From Muribaculaceae bacterium (lineage in GTDB: Bacteria; Bacteroidota; Bacteroidia; Bacteroidales; Muribaculaceae), in the NCBI GenBank assembly GCA_017520235.1, contig JAFXGB010000015.1, forward strand, positions 1-54,508: 54,508 nt of DNA, in the 5' to 3' direction. Positions 7,962-16,775 of this stretch are shown here, one piece after another (position 1 is the stretch's first letter; the number at the start of each line of letters is the position of its first letter). The translations under genes were made by a program, and so were the position numbers. The notes beneath the pieces were generated by a model. That model saw only the letters and a list, made by a program, of their open reading frames with translations. It was not told the DNA's origin and ran no database searches.

Positions 7962-9863
7962 TTAAATTTTTGTTACGTTGCCATTGTTGATTGAAATCAG
8001 TTGCTCGTCCATGAGTTCACGTACTATGTCTATTATTGTGCCTTCAGATGTAGATGTTTCGTTGGCAATATATTTGATGGTGTGTCCGCCGGGCTGTGAT
8101 GCCAGATAAATGACGGAATCACGTAATACTTGCTTTTTGTTGTCGAGTGTTTTTGTTTGTTTGCGGGAACGGCACACATCACATTTACCACAGTCGGCAG
8201 TGGGTTTCTCGCCAAAGTATCGTAACATCACATTAACCCTACATTCATCGGTAGAGAAAGCAAATGCTTTCATCGCCTCTATGCGACGAGTTAGACGCTG
8301 GCGTTGGTCTTCGTAAACGGCACGAGGCATTGTGATGTGTTTAGGCAATTCTCGTGATGTTGTGTATAAAATATATGGGGTTGTTTTTTTAGGGACATAA
8401 TGAATTACGTGCATCCTTGAGAGGCATAGTAAAGACTCATAAATAACTTGTTCCGATACATTGAGACGTGAGGCCAGAAGCGTTTCATTTATGTATACAT
8501 AATCGGCAAATAGACCGGTGTATGTGCGCAAAATCAGTTGAAAAACCCTGTCGGTATTATTGTTAAGTTGTAACGAGTATAATTCCTCTTTTGATGCTAA
8601 AATCATGATGCGAGAGCGAGTGGATATCTCTTCGGTAAAGTCAATGTAGCCTGCCTGTGAAAGAAGATTTAATGCATTGTGAGTGGGAATGGGGGGGAGT
8701 TCAAATTGCTTGCAAAACAGATTGAAATTAAACTCAAACACTTCGTTATATCCTTCTCCGACTGCAACATCAAGGAAATTACCTGCAAGTTCATAGGTGC
8801 GATTGATGAATGCCTTTTCGGGAAAATTTTCAGAGATGCGTCGAGTGAGAGTGCTTTTGTCATATTTTGATGCCAATAGCACTGCAAATGCCGGCTCTCC
8901 ATCGCGACCTGCACGTCCAGCTTCTTGATAGTATTCTTCTAACGATGAAGGTAGGTCATGATGAATGACAACTCTCACATTTGGCTTGTCGATACCCATC
9001 CCAAAAGCATTGGTTGCTACCATTACGCGACACTCGTCAGCTTTCCATCGATTTTGTTTCTCGTTTTTATCTTCAGGGGCAAGTCCTGCATGATAAAAAT
9101 CGGCATTGATGCCTGATTTTACAAGAAAATCGGCAATCTCACGGGTGCGCCGCCGTGAACGCACATAGATTATTGCGCTACCGGTAGTTGATTGCAATAC
9201 CTTTAGCATCATAGCTTCTTTATGGTCGCCATATCTCACAATGTATGATAGGTTGTCTCGAGAGAAACTGCGAGAGAAAAGATTGTGCCGTTTGAAATCA
9301 AGCCTGTTCATGATATCCTCAACAACTTCAGGAGTTGCCGACGCTGTGAGGGCGAGGATGGGGGCTTGAGGGAAAAGTTCTCTGACTTTGTGTATCTTTA
9401 AATAAGATGGGCGAAAGTCATACCCCCATTGAGAGATACAATGCGCTTCATCAACAACGATGAGTGATACATCCATTAGTCGCAGTTCGTCAATGAATGC
9501 TTTGGATTGTAGTTTTTCGGGGGAAATATAAAGCAGTTTGACTTTACCTAATCGGCACTTGTCAATAGCTAATTGGTGCTCTCGGCGTGTTAATCCCGAA
9601 TGGGTATATATAGCATTTATTCCTATTTCTCTAAGGTTATCAACTTGGTCTTTCATTAATGAAATTAGTGGAGTAATGACGATTGTCAGGCCATCTAATA
9701 CCATTGTAGGGACTTGAAATGTGATAGATTTACCTCCTCCTGTGGGCAACAGCCCTAAAGTATCACGCCCCTCAAGGATAGACATTATGATGTCTTCCTG
9801 TAGGGGGCGGAAACTATTGTATCCCCAGTATTCTGATAAGATTTCATTGATGCGTTGTTTCAT
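7962..9863 (-). CDS. recQ: ATP-dependent DNA helicase RecQ
   Basis: Motifs FRPLQEDII, LPTGGGKS, DEAHCISQWGYDFRP, TNAFGMGIDKPNVRVVIH and QEAGRAGRDG, a Zn-binding CGKCDVC, and a C-terminal HRDC-like tail. Confidence 0.92.
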   Translation of the reverse strand: MKQRINEILSEYWGYNSFRPLQEDIIMSILEGRDTLGLLPTGGGKSITFQVPTMVLDGLTIVITPLISLMKDQVDNLREIGINAIYTHSGLTRREHQLAIDKCRLGKVKLLYISPEKLQSKAFIDELRLMDVSLIVVDEAHCISQWGYDFRPSYLKIHKVRELFPQAPILALTASATPEVVEDIMNRLDFKRHNLFSRSFSRDNLSYIVRYGDHKEAMMLKVLQSTTGSAIIYVRSRRRTREIADFLVKSGINADFYHAGLAPEDKNEKQNRWKADECRVMVATNAFGMGIDKPNVRVVIHHDLPSSLEEYYQEAGRAGRDGEPAFAVLLASKYDKSTLTRRISENFPEKAFINRTYELAGNFLDVAVGEGYNEVFEFNFNLFCKQFELPPIPTHNALNLLSQAGYIDFTEEISTRSRIMILASKEELYSLQLNNNTDRVFQLILRTYTGLFADYVYINETLLASRLNVSEQVIYESLLCLSRMHVIHYVPKKTTPYILYTTSRELPKHITMPRAVYEDQRQRLTRRIEAMKAFAFSTDECRVNVMLRYFGEKPTADCGKCDVCRSRKQTKTLDNKKQVLRDSVIYLASQPGGHTIKYIANETSTSEGTIIDIVRELMDEQLISINNGNVTKI

Positions 9864-9894
9864 CTACACATCTTAAATAATGGGGTGAATATGT

Positions 9895-11622
9895 TTATTC
9901 GGCAATGCGAATTTCTTTAACGAGCAATTGGGTTGAACTTATTGCATTTTGGTGCTTGTTCTCTTCAATGGTGAAGCAAATGTCGAATGGCTTTTTGTTG
10001 TGTATGTGCTCAAAATGTTCAGCCATGTTAAAAGCAATGCCATTCATCACTTTGCCAGAAGAATCATCAATGAGCTCAAGCTTAATGTGCTCAAGTTGAC
10101 GACCAACAAGTTTGCTTGTCCCAAAATCAACTACGCCTTTAGTGCAGAATACAGGTTTGTTGTTACCTGGGCCGAATGGATTAAAACGTTTTAATAACGC
10201 GATAAAATCAGGCGTTATTTCTGCAAATGACAGGTATGCGTCGATATCGATTTGGGGAGTTAGCTGATAAGGTTGAATGTTGGCAGCCACATATTCTTCA
10301 AATCGACGAGTGAATTCTGGAATGTTCTCCTCTTTTAGAGATAATCCCACAGCATAGGGATGTCCACCAAAGTTTTCAAGCAAATCACGAGCTGACTCCA
10401 CCGCTTTGTAGATGTCAAAGCCTTGAACGGAACGAGATGAACCAGTGGCAAGACCATTAGCAAGAGTCAATACGATTGAGGGTTTGTAGTAAAGTTCGGT
10501 CAATCGAGATGCTACGATTCCAATGATGCCTTTGTGCCAATCTTTGTTATAGATGACAATTGACTTTTTGTCGGAATTCATCTCACCTCGAGCTTCAAGG
10601 ATAGCATTTGCTTCCTCGGTGATGCGTTTGTCAAGTTCTTTACGGTCCTTGTTGTATTGGTCAATGTTTTTGCCCTTTTCGTAAGCATCGGTGATGTCAC
10701 GAGCAACAAGCAATTCAACAGCTTCGCGTCCGCTCTGCATGCGACCTGAAGCATTGATGCGAGGACCAATCTTGAAGATGACATCGCTAATGGTAATTTC
10801 CTTGTTAGTAAGTTGACAAATCTTGATGATTGCACGAAGTCCCATGTTAGGGTTTGTGTTAAGACGACGCAATCCATGATAAGTCATGATGCGATTTTCA
10901 TCAATCATCGGAACAATGTCGGCAGCAATACTCACTGCCACAAGATCAAGCATTGCTTCAAGATCGTTATAGGCAATGTCATTGCTCATGGCAAATGCTT
11001 GCATGAATTTGTAGCCTACTCCACAACCTGACAAGTGAGGACAAGGATATGTGCTACCCTCAAGTTTAGGATTAAGAATCGCTGCTGCCGGAGGTAATTC
11101 ATCGTCAGGAACATGGTGGTCGCAAATGATGAAATCGATGCCTTTTTCTTTGGCATACTTGATTTCTTCAATGGCTTTGATGCCACAATCAAGAATTATA
11201 ACGAGTTTCACGCCGTTTTCAACAGCCTCGTCAATACTACGTTTTGATATCCCATAACCTTCGTCATAACGAGTAGGGATATAGTAATCAATGTTGGAGT
11301 AAAAATTTTGGAGGTATTTGTAAACCAATGCTACAGCAGTAGTGCCATCAACATCATAGTCGCCATAAACCAAAATTTTCTCCTTTAACCCCATGGCTTG
11401 ATTAAGCCTATTTACAGCTTTATCCATATCGGGCATAAGGAACGGATCGTGCATATCTTTTAAAGAGGGATGGAAGAATTTCTCTGCTTCCTCTTCAGAA
11501 GTAATGCCACGCTGAACCAATAGCTCGCTAATCGGAGAACAGTTGGCAAATTTTTTCGCCAATTCGGTCTCTAATTGTTGTTCTTCTGTAGTTAGGGGTA
11601 AGTAATTCCATTTACTTATCAT
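9895..11622 (-). CDS. recJ: single-stranded-DNA-specific exonuclease RecJ
   Basis: DHH motifs (YGDYDVDGTT, LDCG, ICDHH) and DHHA1 (GGHPYAVG). It lies 31 nt upstream of recQ on the same strand. Confidence 0.9.
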   Translation of the reverse strand: MISKWNYLPLTTEEQQLETELAKKFANCSPISELLVQRGITSEEEAEKFFHPSLKDMHDPFLMPDMDKAVNRLNQAMGLKEKILVYGDYDVDGTTAVALVYKYLQNFYSNIDYYIPTRYDEGYGISKRSIDEAVENGVKLVIILDCGIKAIEEIKYAKEKGIDFIICDHHVPDDELPPAAAILNPKLEGSTYPCPHLSGCGVGYKFMQAFAMSNDIAYNDLEAMLDLVAVSIAADIVPMIDENRIMTYHGLRRLNTNPNMGLRAIIKICQLTNKEITISDVIFKIGPRINASGRMQSGREAVELLVARDITDAYEKGKNIDQYNKDRKELDKRITEEANAILEARGEMNSDKKSIVIYNKDWHKGIIGIVASRLTELYYKPSIVLTLANGLATGSSRSVQGFDIYKAVESARDLLENFGGHPYAVGLSLKEENIPEFTRRFEEYVAANIQPYQLTPQIDIDAYLSFAEITPDFIALLKRFNPFGPGNNKPVFCTKGVVDFGTSKLVGRQLEHIKLELIDDSSGKVMNGIAFNMAEHFEHIHNKKPFDICFTIEENKHQNAISSTQLLVKEIRIAE

Positions 11623-11856
11623 TTATGTTGTTTTTTATTTTTATCGAGTATCAAATCTTTGCCGTAGCAAAGATAATAAGGCACATTGTGTAATAAAATG
11701 CCTTGTATAATAGGCTTACGGGTTTTTAGAGGAGAGCCGTATGAGCCTATGCCTTAATACACTAAGAACACAATTTCATCGGTATTAGTTAGTTTGCAGA
11801 GTAAATGAAATAACTCATTTAACCTATTTGTGTTTTAATTCAGGCTATATTAATAT

Positions 11857-11892
11857 GCAAAAATAGCCATAAAATTTTAATTTATGGCTATA
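11857..11892 (-). terminator. intrinsic terminator after the mscS-like gene
   Basis: The minus strand reads ATAGCCATAAA-TTAAAAT-TTTATGGCTAT followed by TTTTTG. Confidence 0.65.
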
Positions 11893-11920
11893 GTTGGGAA
11901 TATTTATAAATAAAAAATTT

Positions 11921-12835
11921 TTAATTTTTTTCTTGAGTGATGTGAACATCCATGTGAGGGTAGGGGAATGATAATCCATGTTGAGGAAGTTCTTTATAAA
12001 CTCGCTCGTTAAAGCTATGATATACACCCCAATAGTCGCCACTTTCCACCCAAGCTCTGACAACAAGGTCAACGCTACTAATATTTAAAGTGTTAAGCAA
12101 TGCTACTGGTGTCTTGCCTTCGATTTGTAATACTCGAGAATCTTCATTTAAGAAACGTAATAATACTTCTTTGGCTTTATCAACATCGTCGCCATAAGAA
12201 ATGCTTACTGTCCAATCAACACGGCGTTGACCTTCGCGAGATGCATTGTTTATACTGCCGGTTGATAATCCGCCATTGGGAATTAGTATTTGTTTATTGT
12301 CGGCAGTATTGATGACAGTGTGGAAGATTTGAATTTCTTTTACAGTGCCTGAGTAGCCTTGAGCTTCAATGAAATCACCTACTTTATAAGGCTTCAAGAG
12401 TAAGATTAGTACGCCTCCGGCAAAGTTTTGCAATGTGCCACTTAGTGCCATGCCAACAGCGACGCCGGCAGATGCAAATAGTGCAAGGAATGAACTTGTC
12501 TCAATGCCAAGAATTCCAATTACGATTATTATCAAAACAAACATCATTACAATCTTTGTAAGACTGAGAATGAATGTTGAGAGTGATTTCTCGGCTTGCT
12601 TCTTTTTCAGTATTTTTTCTACGACTTTATGAATGCGGTAAATAATGAGTTTCCCAACGTAAAATACTATTGCGGCAATAATGATGCTGATTGCTAAATC
12701 TACCGCTCCTTGTATGAACTTTTGTAGAAATTCATCGACTGATGCAGCTGAAATATTTTTTAATGCTGAAGCTGTTGTCGCGACTGTTGTTGTGTCGGCA
12801 ACTTCGACTGTAGATTGTAGAAAAATAGGACACAT
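11921..12835 (-). CDS. mscS: small-conductance mechanosensitive channel (MscS family)
   Basis: Three TM helices, then the pore-helix signature GVAVGMALSGTLQNFAGGVLILLLKPYKVGD and the beta-domain GTVKEIQIFHTVI. Confidence 0.85.
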   Translation of the reverse strand: MCPIFLQSTVEVADTTTVATTASALKNISAASVDEFLQKFIQGAVDLAISIIIAAIVFYVGKLIIYRIHKVVEKILKKKQAEKSLSTFILSLTKIVMMFVLIIIVIGILGIETSSFLALFASAGVAVGMALSGTLQNFAGGVLILLLKPYKVGDFIEAQGYSGTVKEIQIFHTVINTADNKQILIPNGGLSTGSINNASREGQRRVDWTVSISYGDDVDKAKEVLLRFLNEDSRVLQIEGKTPVALLNTLNISSVDLVVRAWVESGDYWGVYHSFNERVYKELPQHGLSFPYPHMDVHITQEKN

Positions 12836-12852
12836 GTTTTTTTTAGTGTATA

Positions 12853-14028
12853 TTATTGAAATTGATATTTAACGACATCTTGCCACCAAAGGTGATTATT
12901 ATAGCCTCTCTTTGTGGCATCGGATTTTTGTTTTAAAATGTGGCACCCAAGTCCACAATGGTAGTCCATTTTTATCTCGCCCCAGATGTATGGTGTCGCA
13001 TTTTTATATATTACAACTTTATTGAGGATATTTTTAAGATTTTTAGTTGTATCTTCATTAGGGGATAATGCTGAAAGATATTGCTCAAAATCAAAAGAAT
13101 AGCAGTTTGTACCATAGACAAATTGTTGTGGGGAGAAACTGCTTGGGAGAGTTGTTTTTGCACTGAATATTTCTCGTGAAATTGAAGCCAACTCCTCAAG
13201 GTGGGTGGTCTCAATGAGAGATATTGAGCATGTTCTGTTGGCTCCTGTTAAACTATTGTAGGAGTTGAACGTGTTTTGGCAAGCTTGAATAAGTTGAGGT
13301 GTTCCCATAAAAAACAATGGGATATTTTGATCGTAGGGCATTCCATTAGCCGGTAATTCAGTAGCAGAAGCAACGATATATTTAGTAGCATCTTTTAGCT
13401 CATATATAACCTCAATGCTTGCCATGTGGCAACTATCGAAATATATGAAACTGAAATTATGTTTATTTAAAACTTTAGCTAAAGATGTTATTTTCATGTG
13501 TGAAGTTCCATTTGTTGTTATCTCTTCTCCAAAAGCAAGTGGCTTGATATTGTTTTGTTCAGAAGAAATTGAGCGAGCTGTAGTGTATTCAACCCATGCA
13601 CTTGAATGACTCCAAAGGATTAACCCATAGTCAGGAGCCGGAGCAAGTTTGTAAGTGTCAGATATAACTTGTTCAAGTTGGGCAGGGTCGGTTGAAAGAG
13701 TTGAACTATTGTAGGTTTTGAGATCTACAATGCCATTTGGAGTAACTTCCTTTAGGGATGGGGCGCCCTCTTTAGCAGGTGGGACATGATATACGATTAA
13801 TCGGCCATTGTTGATATCTTTGCTTGCAACTGCTGTTAGCATCTCCTCGAGGTCTTTGTCATCGTATTGCCTATTTGGATCTGTTGAATTTCCTAATGAG
13901 TTATTTGCAATCATGTATACCAATATGGTGCGATTGGTTTTAGTCGCATTTTGTTTAGGCTCATCATTTGAGCAAGAAACAAAACCTATACATGCTATAA
14001 GTAAGGATATAAATATGTCAAATTTCAT
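12853..14028 (-). CDS. clostripain-like cysteine peptidase (family C11) lipoprotein
   Basis: Lipoprotein signal (LLIACIGFVSCS), then RTILVYMIANNSL, a His motif LILWSHSSAW and a Cys motif FIYFDSCHMAS, as in C11 peptidases. Confidence 0.65.
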   Translation of the reverse strand: MKFDIFISLLIACIGFVSCSNDEPKQNATKTNRTILVYMIANNSLGNSTDPNRQYDDKDLEEMLTAVASKDINNGRLIVYHVPPAKEGAPSLKEVTPNGIVDLKTYNSSTLSTDPAQLEQVISDTYKLAPAPDYGLILWSHSSAWVEYTTARSISSEQNNIKPLAFGEEITTNGTSHMKITSLAKVLNKHNFSFIYFDSCHMASIEVIYELKDATKYIVASATELPANGMPYDQNIPLFFMGTPQLIQACQNTFNSYNSLTGANRTCSISLIETTHLEELASISREIFSAKTTLPSSFSPQQFVYGTNCYSFDFEQYLSALSPNEDTTKNLKNILNKVVIYKNATPYIWGEIKMDYHCGLGCHILKQKSDATKRGYNNHLWWQDVVKYQFQ

Positions 14029-14053
14029 AATTTATAAACGTTCAAAGCTATTA

Positions 14054-14085
14054 ATAAAAAGCCTGCAAATCACAGACTTGCAGGC
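14054..14085 (-). terminator. intrinsic terminator downstream of tRNA-Ser
   Basis: The minus strand reads GCCTGCAAG-TCTGTGAT-TTGCAGGC followed by TTTTTAT, immediately after the tRNA 3' end. Confidence 0.7.
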
Positions 14086-14090
14086 TTTTG

Positions 14091-14177
14091 CGGAAAGGAC
14101 GAGATTCGAACTCGTGGTAGGATTACTCCTACGACAGTTTAGCAAACTGTTGGTTTCAGCCACTCACCCACCTTTCC
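14091..14177 (-). tRNA. tRNA-Ser (anticodon GCT), long variable arm, no encoded CCA
   Basis: Folded by hand: acceptor GGAAAGG/CCTTTCC, anticodon stem ACAGT/ACTGT with loop TTGCTAA, variable arm GTAGGAGTAATCCTAC, and T-arm ACGAG-TTCGAAT-CTCGT. Confidence 0.9.
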
Positions 14178-14208
14178 AAAGGGAATGTTGTCTCAAACAT
14201 TAGTGGTG

Positions 14209-14239
14209 CAAAGGTAGGTAAAATAATTGAATTGGCAAA
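14209..14239 (-). promoter_or_regulatory. promoter of tRNA-Ser (-33 TTTG / -7 TACCTTTG)
   Basis: The reverse complement of 14209-14216 is TACCTTTG. TTTG lies at 14236-14239 on the minus strand, giving a 19-nt spacer. The promoter is about 30 nt upstream of the tRNA. Confidence 0.65.
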
Positions 14240-14341
14240 TGTTTTTGAGATAATATTTTTGTGGATTAAACTAATTGAGTGTTAATAAGAGAGTTAAACT
14301 TATATTTTTTTTAATCGTAAATTCTATATATATTTGTAATT

Positions 14342-15367
14342 ATGAAAAAGAAAGGAATAAAAAAAACGATTGGATGTGTTGCCGGTGTTATTATCCTATT
14401 AGTAATCGCTGTTGCAGCAGGTGGATATTTTTATATATCAAAACAATATAAAGGTAACGATGCTTGGCTGTATGTCCCCCAAAATGTGACAACTGAAGCG
14501 TTGCGAGATTCTTTATCGGTAAATTTAGGAGAGACAGGAGAACGAGTTCATCTAATGTGGACAGCATTAGATGGAAAAATTGCGGTGGCGCATGGTGCAT
14601 ATTTAATTAAATCGGGAGAAAAAGAGTTAGATATTGCTCGCCGCATAGCTCGTGGACAGCAAACACCTATAAAAGTAACGATTAACAATGTGCGCACAAT
14701 GGAGCAACTGGCTGAACGTATTGCTTCAAAGATGGAGTGGGATAGTGCTGATTTTTTATTGGCGTGTGATATTGTTTTGCCTGAATATGGTTTCAAAAAA
14801 GAAACTTTTCCAGCTGCATTCTTTCCTGATACTTATGAATTTTATTGGTCAAATGAACCGGAACGAGTTGTTAAACGTTTATTAGAATATAGAAACAATT
14901 ATTGGACAGAGGAGCGCCGTGAAAAAGCAAAGTTGATGGGTTTGACTCCTGTAGAGGTTTCGACCGTGGCTTCAATCGTTGAAGAGGAGACAAACAAGCG
15001 AGATGAACGTCCAATTGTTGCAAGGTTGTATTTAAATCGACTAAATAAGGGTATGATGTTGCAGGCTGATCCGACAGTAAAATATGCAGTAGGCGATTTT
15101 TCATTGCGTCGCATCACTCGTCAGCACCTGGCGATTACTTCGCCTTATAATACCTATAAAAATGTGGGTTTGCCACCCGGTCCTATTCGCATTGTGGAAA
15201 AGGCAACGCTTGATGCAGTGTTGAATGCTCCTAAGCATAATTACTTGTATATGTGTGCAAAAGAGGATTTTTCGGGACGCCATAATTTTGCGACTGATTT
15301 AACTACTCATCAACGTAATGCTGCTAAATATCATGCCGAACTCAATCGAAGAAAGATATATAAATAG
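14342..15367 (+). CDS. mltG: endolytic murein transglycosylase MltG (YceG-like)
   Basis: An N-terminal TM anchor followed by YceG-family motifs (VEVSTVASIVEEET, LQADPTVKY, SPYNTYKNVGLPPGPI). Confidence 0.85.
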   Translation: MKKKGIKKTIGCVAGVIILLVIAVAAGGYFYISKQYKGNDAWLYVPQNVTTEALRDSLSVNLGETGERVHLMWTALDGKIAVAHGAYLIKSGEKELDIARRIARGQQTPIKVTINNVRTMEQLAERIASKMEWDSADFLLACDIVLPEYGFKKETFPAAFFPDTYEFYWSNEPERVVKRLLEYRNNYWTEERREKAKLMGLTPVEVSTVASIVEEETNKRDERPIVARLYLNRLNKGMMLQADPTVKYAVGDFSLRRITRQHLAITSPYNTYKNVGLPPGPIRIVEKATLDAVLNAPKHNYLYMCAKEDFSGRHNFATDLTTHQRNAAKYHAELNRRKIYK

Positions 15368-15385
15368 CCCTAAATTGTTATAGCT

Positions 15386-15610
15386 ATGAAAAAGGAAAAA
15401 GATTCAGACTTGGTAGTATTAAAGGAATACTATTCTGATGCAGAAGCTTATATTGACAAGGGTGTATTGGAAACAAATGGTATCCCATGTGCAATAAATA
15501 ATGAGATAATGTCATCGGTTTATCCAATAACAGTAACTTCATTAGGCTCTATTCGTTTGCTCGTATTCTATCGTGACTTGGACGCTGCAAAATTATTACT
15601 CAACCTTTGA
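15386..15610 (+). CDS. small DUF2007-like (putative signal-transducing) protein
   Basis: A 74-aa ORF 18 nt after mltG with a beta-alpha-beta-like pattern (VVLKEY..AEAYIDKGVLETNGIPC...). The family call is tentative. Confidence 0.45.
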   Translation: MKKEKDSDLVVLKEYYSDAEAYIDKGVLETNGIPCAINNEIMSSVYPITVTSLGSIRLLVFYRDLDAAKLLLNL

Positions 15611-16663
15611 TTTTAAGATGTACTCGTTGTAGTATGATAGGACCAATGTTGTGAGTGGTAACGCAATTATTAGCCCCATAAAGCCGAGAAGTGTACCCCA
15701 TACAGACAACGATAGGAGTATAATTGCCGGGTTTAGTCCCATGCTTTTACCCATAATTTTAGGGACAAGGAATAGATCTTGTATAACTTGAACTATGGCA
15801 TAAACAGCCATACAAGCTCCGAATATGTACCAAAAACTGCCTCCGGTCTCTGTTGCATATATCAGACAAAGGATGGTGGTTGGTACGATTGATATGAGTT
15901 GTAAGTATGGCACCATATTAAGCAGTCCAATAAACATGCCGAGTACAATTGCAAGAGGTAGGTCGATGATGACAAAACCTATGCTGAATAACACTCCCAC
16001 TAAAAAAGCAACTAACGCTTGTCCTCTGAAATAGTGGTTCATGCTTGTCTTGATGTCGTTCCCTATTTTGAATGTTATTTTGCGGTATTTGGGAGGAACA
16101 AGATGTTTAAATCCCACCATGAGTTTGTCATAATCAAGCATTATAAACACTAAATATAGAACAACTATAAACCACCCCACAATACCTATTATCACATCAA
16201 CACCACTGCTGAGGAACGAAAATGTGCTTTCTATGACATTCATCCAATCTTGACGAGTGAGTAATGATGCAATATATCCAAAATCAATGTTGCGGCGAAG
16301 GAAATCATGTACACTATCGGGCAATATTGCGATATTGTCAGATTGGGCATAATGTTTTAATAATACAGCCACATGGCTACATTCCTTGAAAATTAACGGA
16401 ATTATGAAATATCCTATCAGCCCTAATATTACTATTGCTTCAAATAAAGTGATAAAAATTGCTAATGCTCTCCCTTTGAGATGAAATAATCGGCGGTTGA
16501 ATTGTACAAATGGCTCAAAAATATATGCAATGAGACACGCTACACAGAATGGTAATAATACATCTTTAAGGATATTGAGTATCCAAAACAAACCGAGTAT
16601 AACAGCAATGCTTATGATAATGCGCACCACGCGGTCAAATGTATAGGGTTGAGATGATGTCAT
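15596..16663 (-). CDS. AI-2E family (PerM/UPF0118) transporter
   Basis: A polytopic membrane protein of about 8 TM helices with the family-typical GLLNMVPYLQ and GLIIALPLT segments. Confidence 0.7.
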   Translation of the reverse strand: MTSSQPYTFDRVVRIIISIAVILGLFWILNILKDVLLPFCVACLIAYIFEPFVQFNRRLFHLKGRALAIFITLFEAIVILGLIGYFIIPLIFKECSHVAVLLKHYAQSDNIAILPDSVHDFLRRNIDFGYIASLLTRQDWMNVIESTFSFLSSGVDVIIGIVGWFIVVLYLVFIMLDYDKLMVGFKHLVPPKYRKITFKIGNDIKTSMNHYFRGQALVAFLVGVLFSIGFVIIDLPLAIVLGMFIGLLNMVPYLQLISIVPTTILCLIYATETGGSFWYIFGACMAVYAIVQVIQDLFLVPKIMGKSMGLNPAIILLSLSVWGTLLGFMGLIIALPLTTLVLSYYNEYILKSKVE

Positions 16664-16775
16664 GTTCTTATATTAAATTGATTACGATACGAATTTAGTG
16701 AAAAATTTTTATCAAATATATGTTTTGCGTAACTTTGTGCTGATATTGAAATAATAATTAACCAATCATATTACA

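Noticed and set aside
11845-12072. 75-aa minus-strand ORF overlapping the 3' end of the mscS-like gene
   Set aside because: It is in an alternative frame of a well-supported CDS and extends through that gene's terminator hairpin.
13808-14203. 131-aa plus-strand ORF spanning the start of the C11 peptidase gene, the terminator and the tRNA-Ser locus
   Set aside because: It runs antisense through a well-folded tRNA and its terminator and overlaps a strong minus-strand CDS. It is a shadow ORF.
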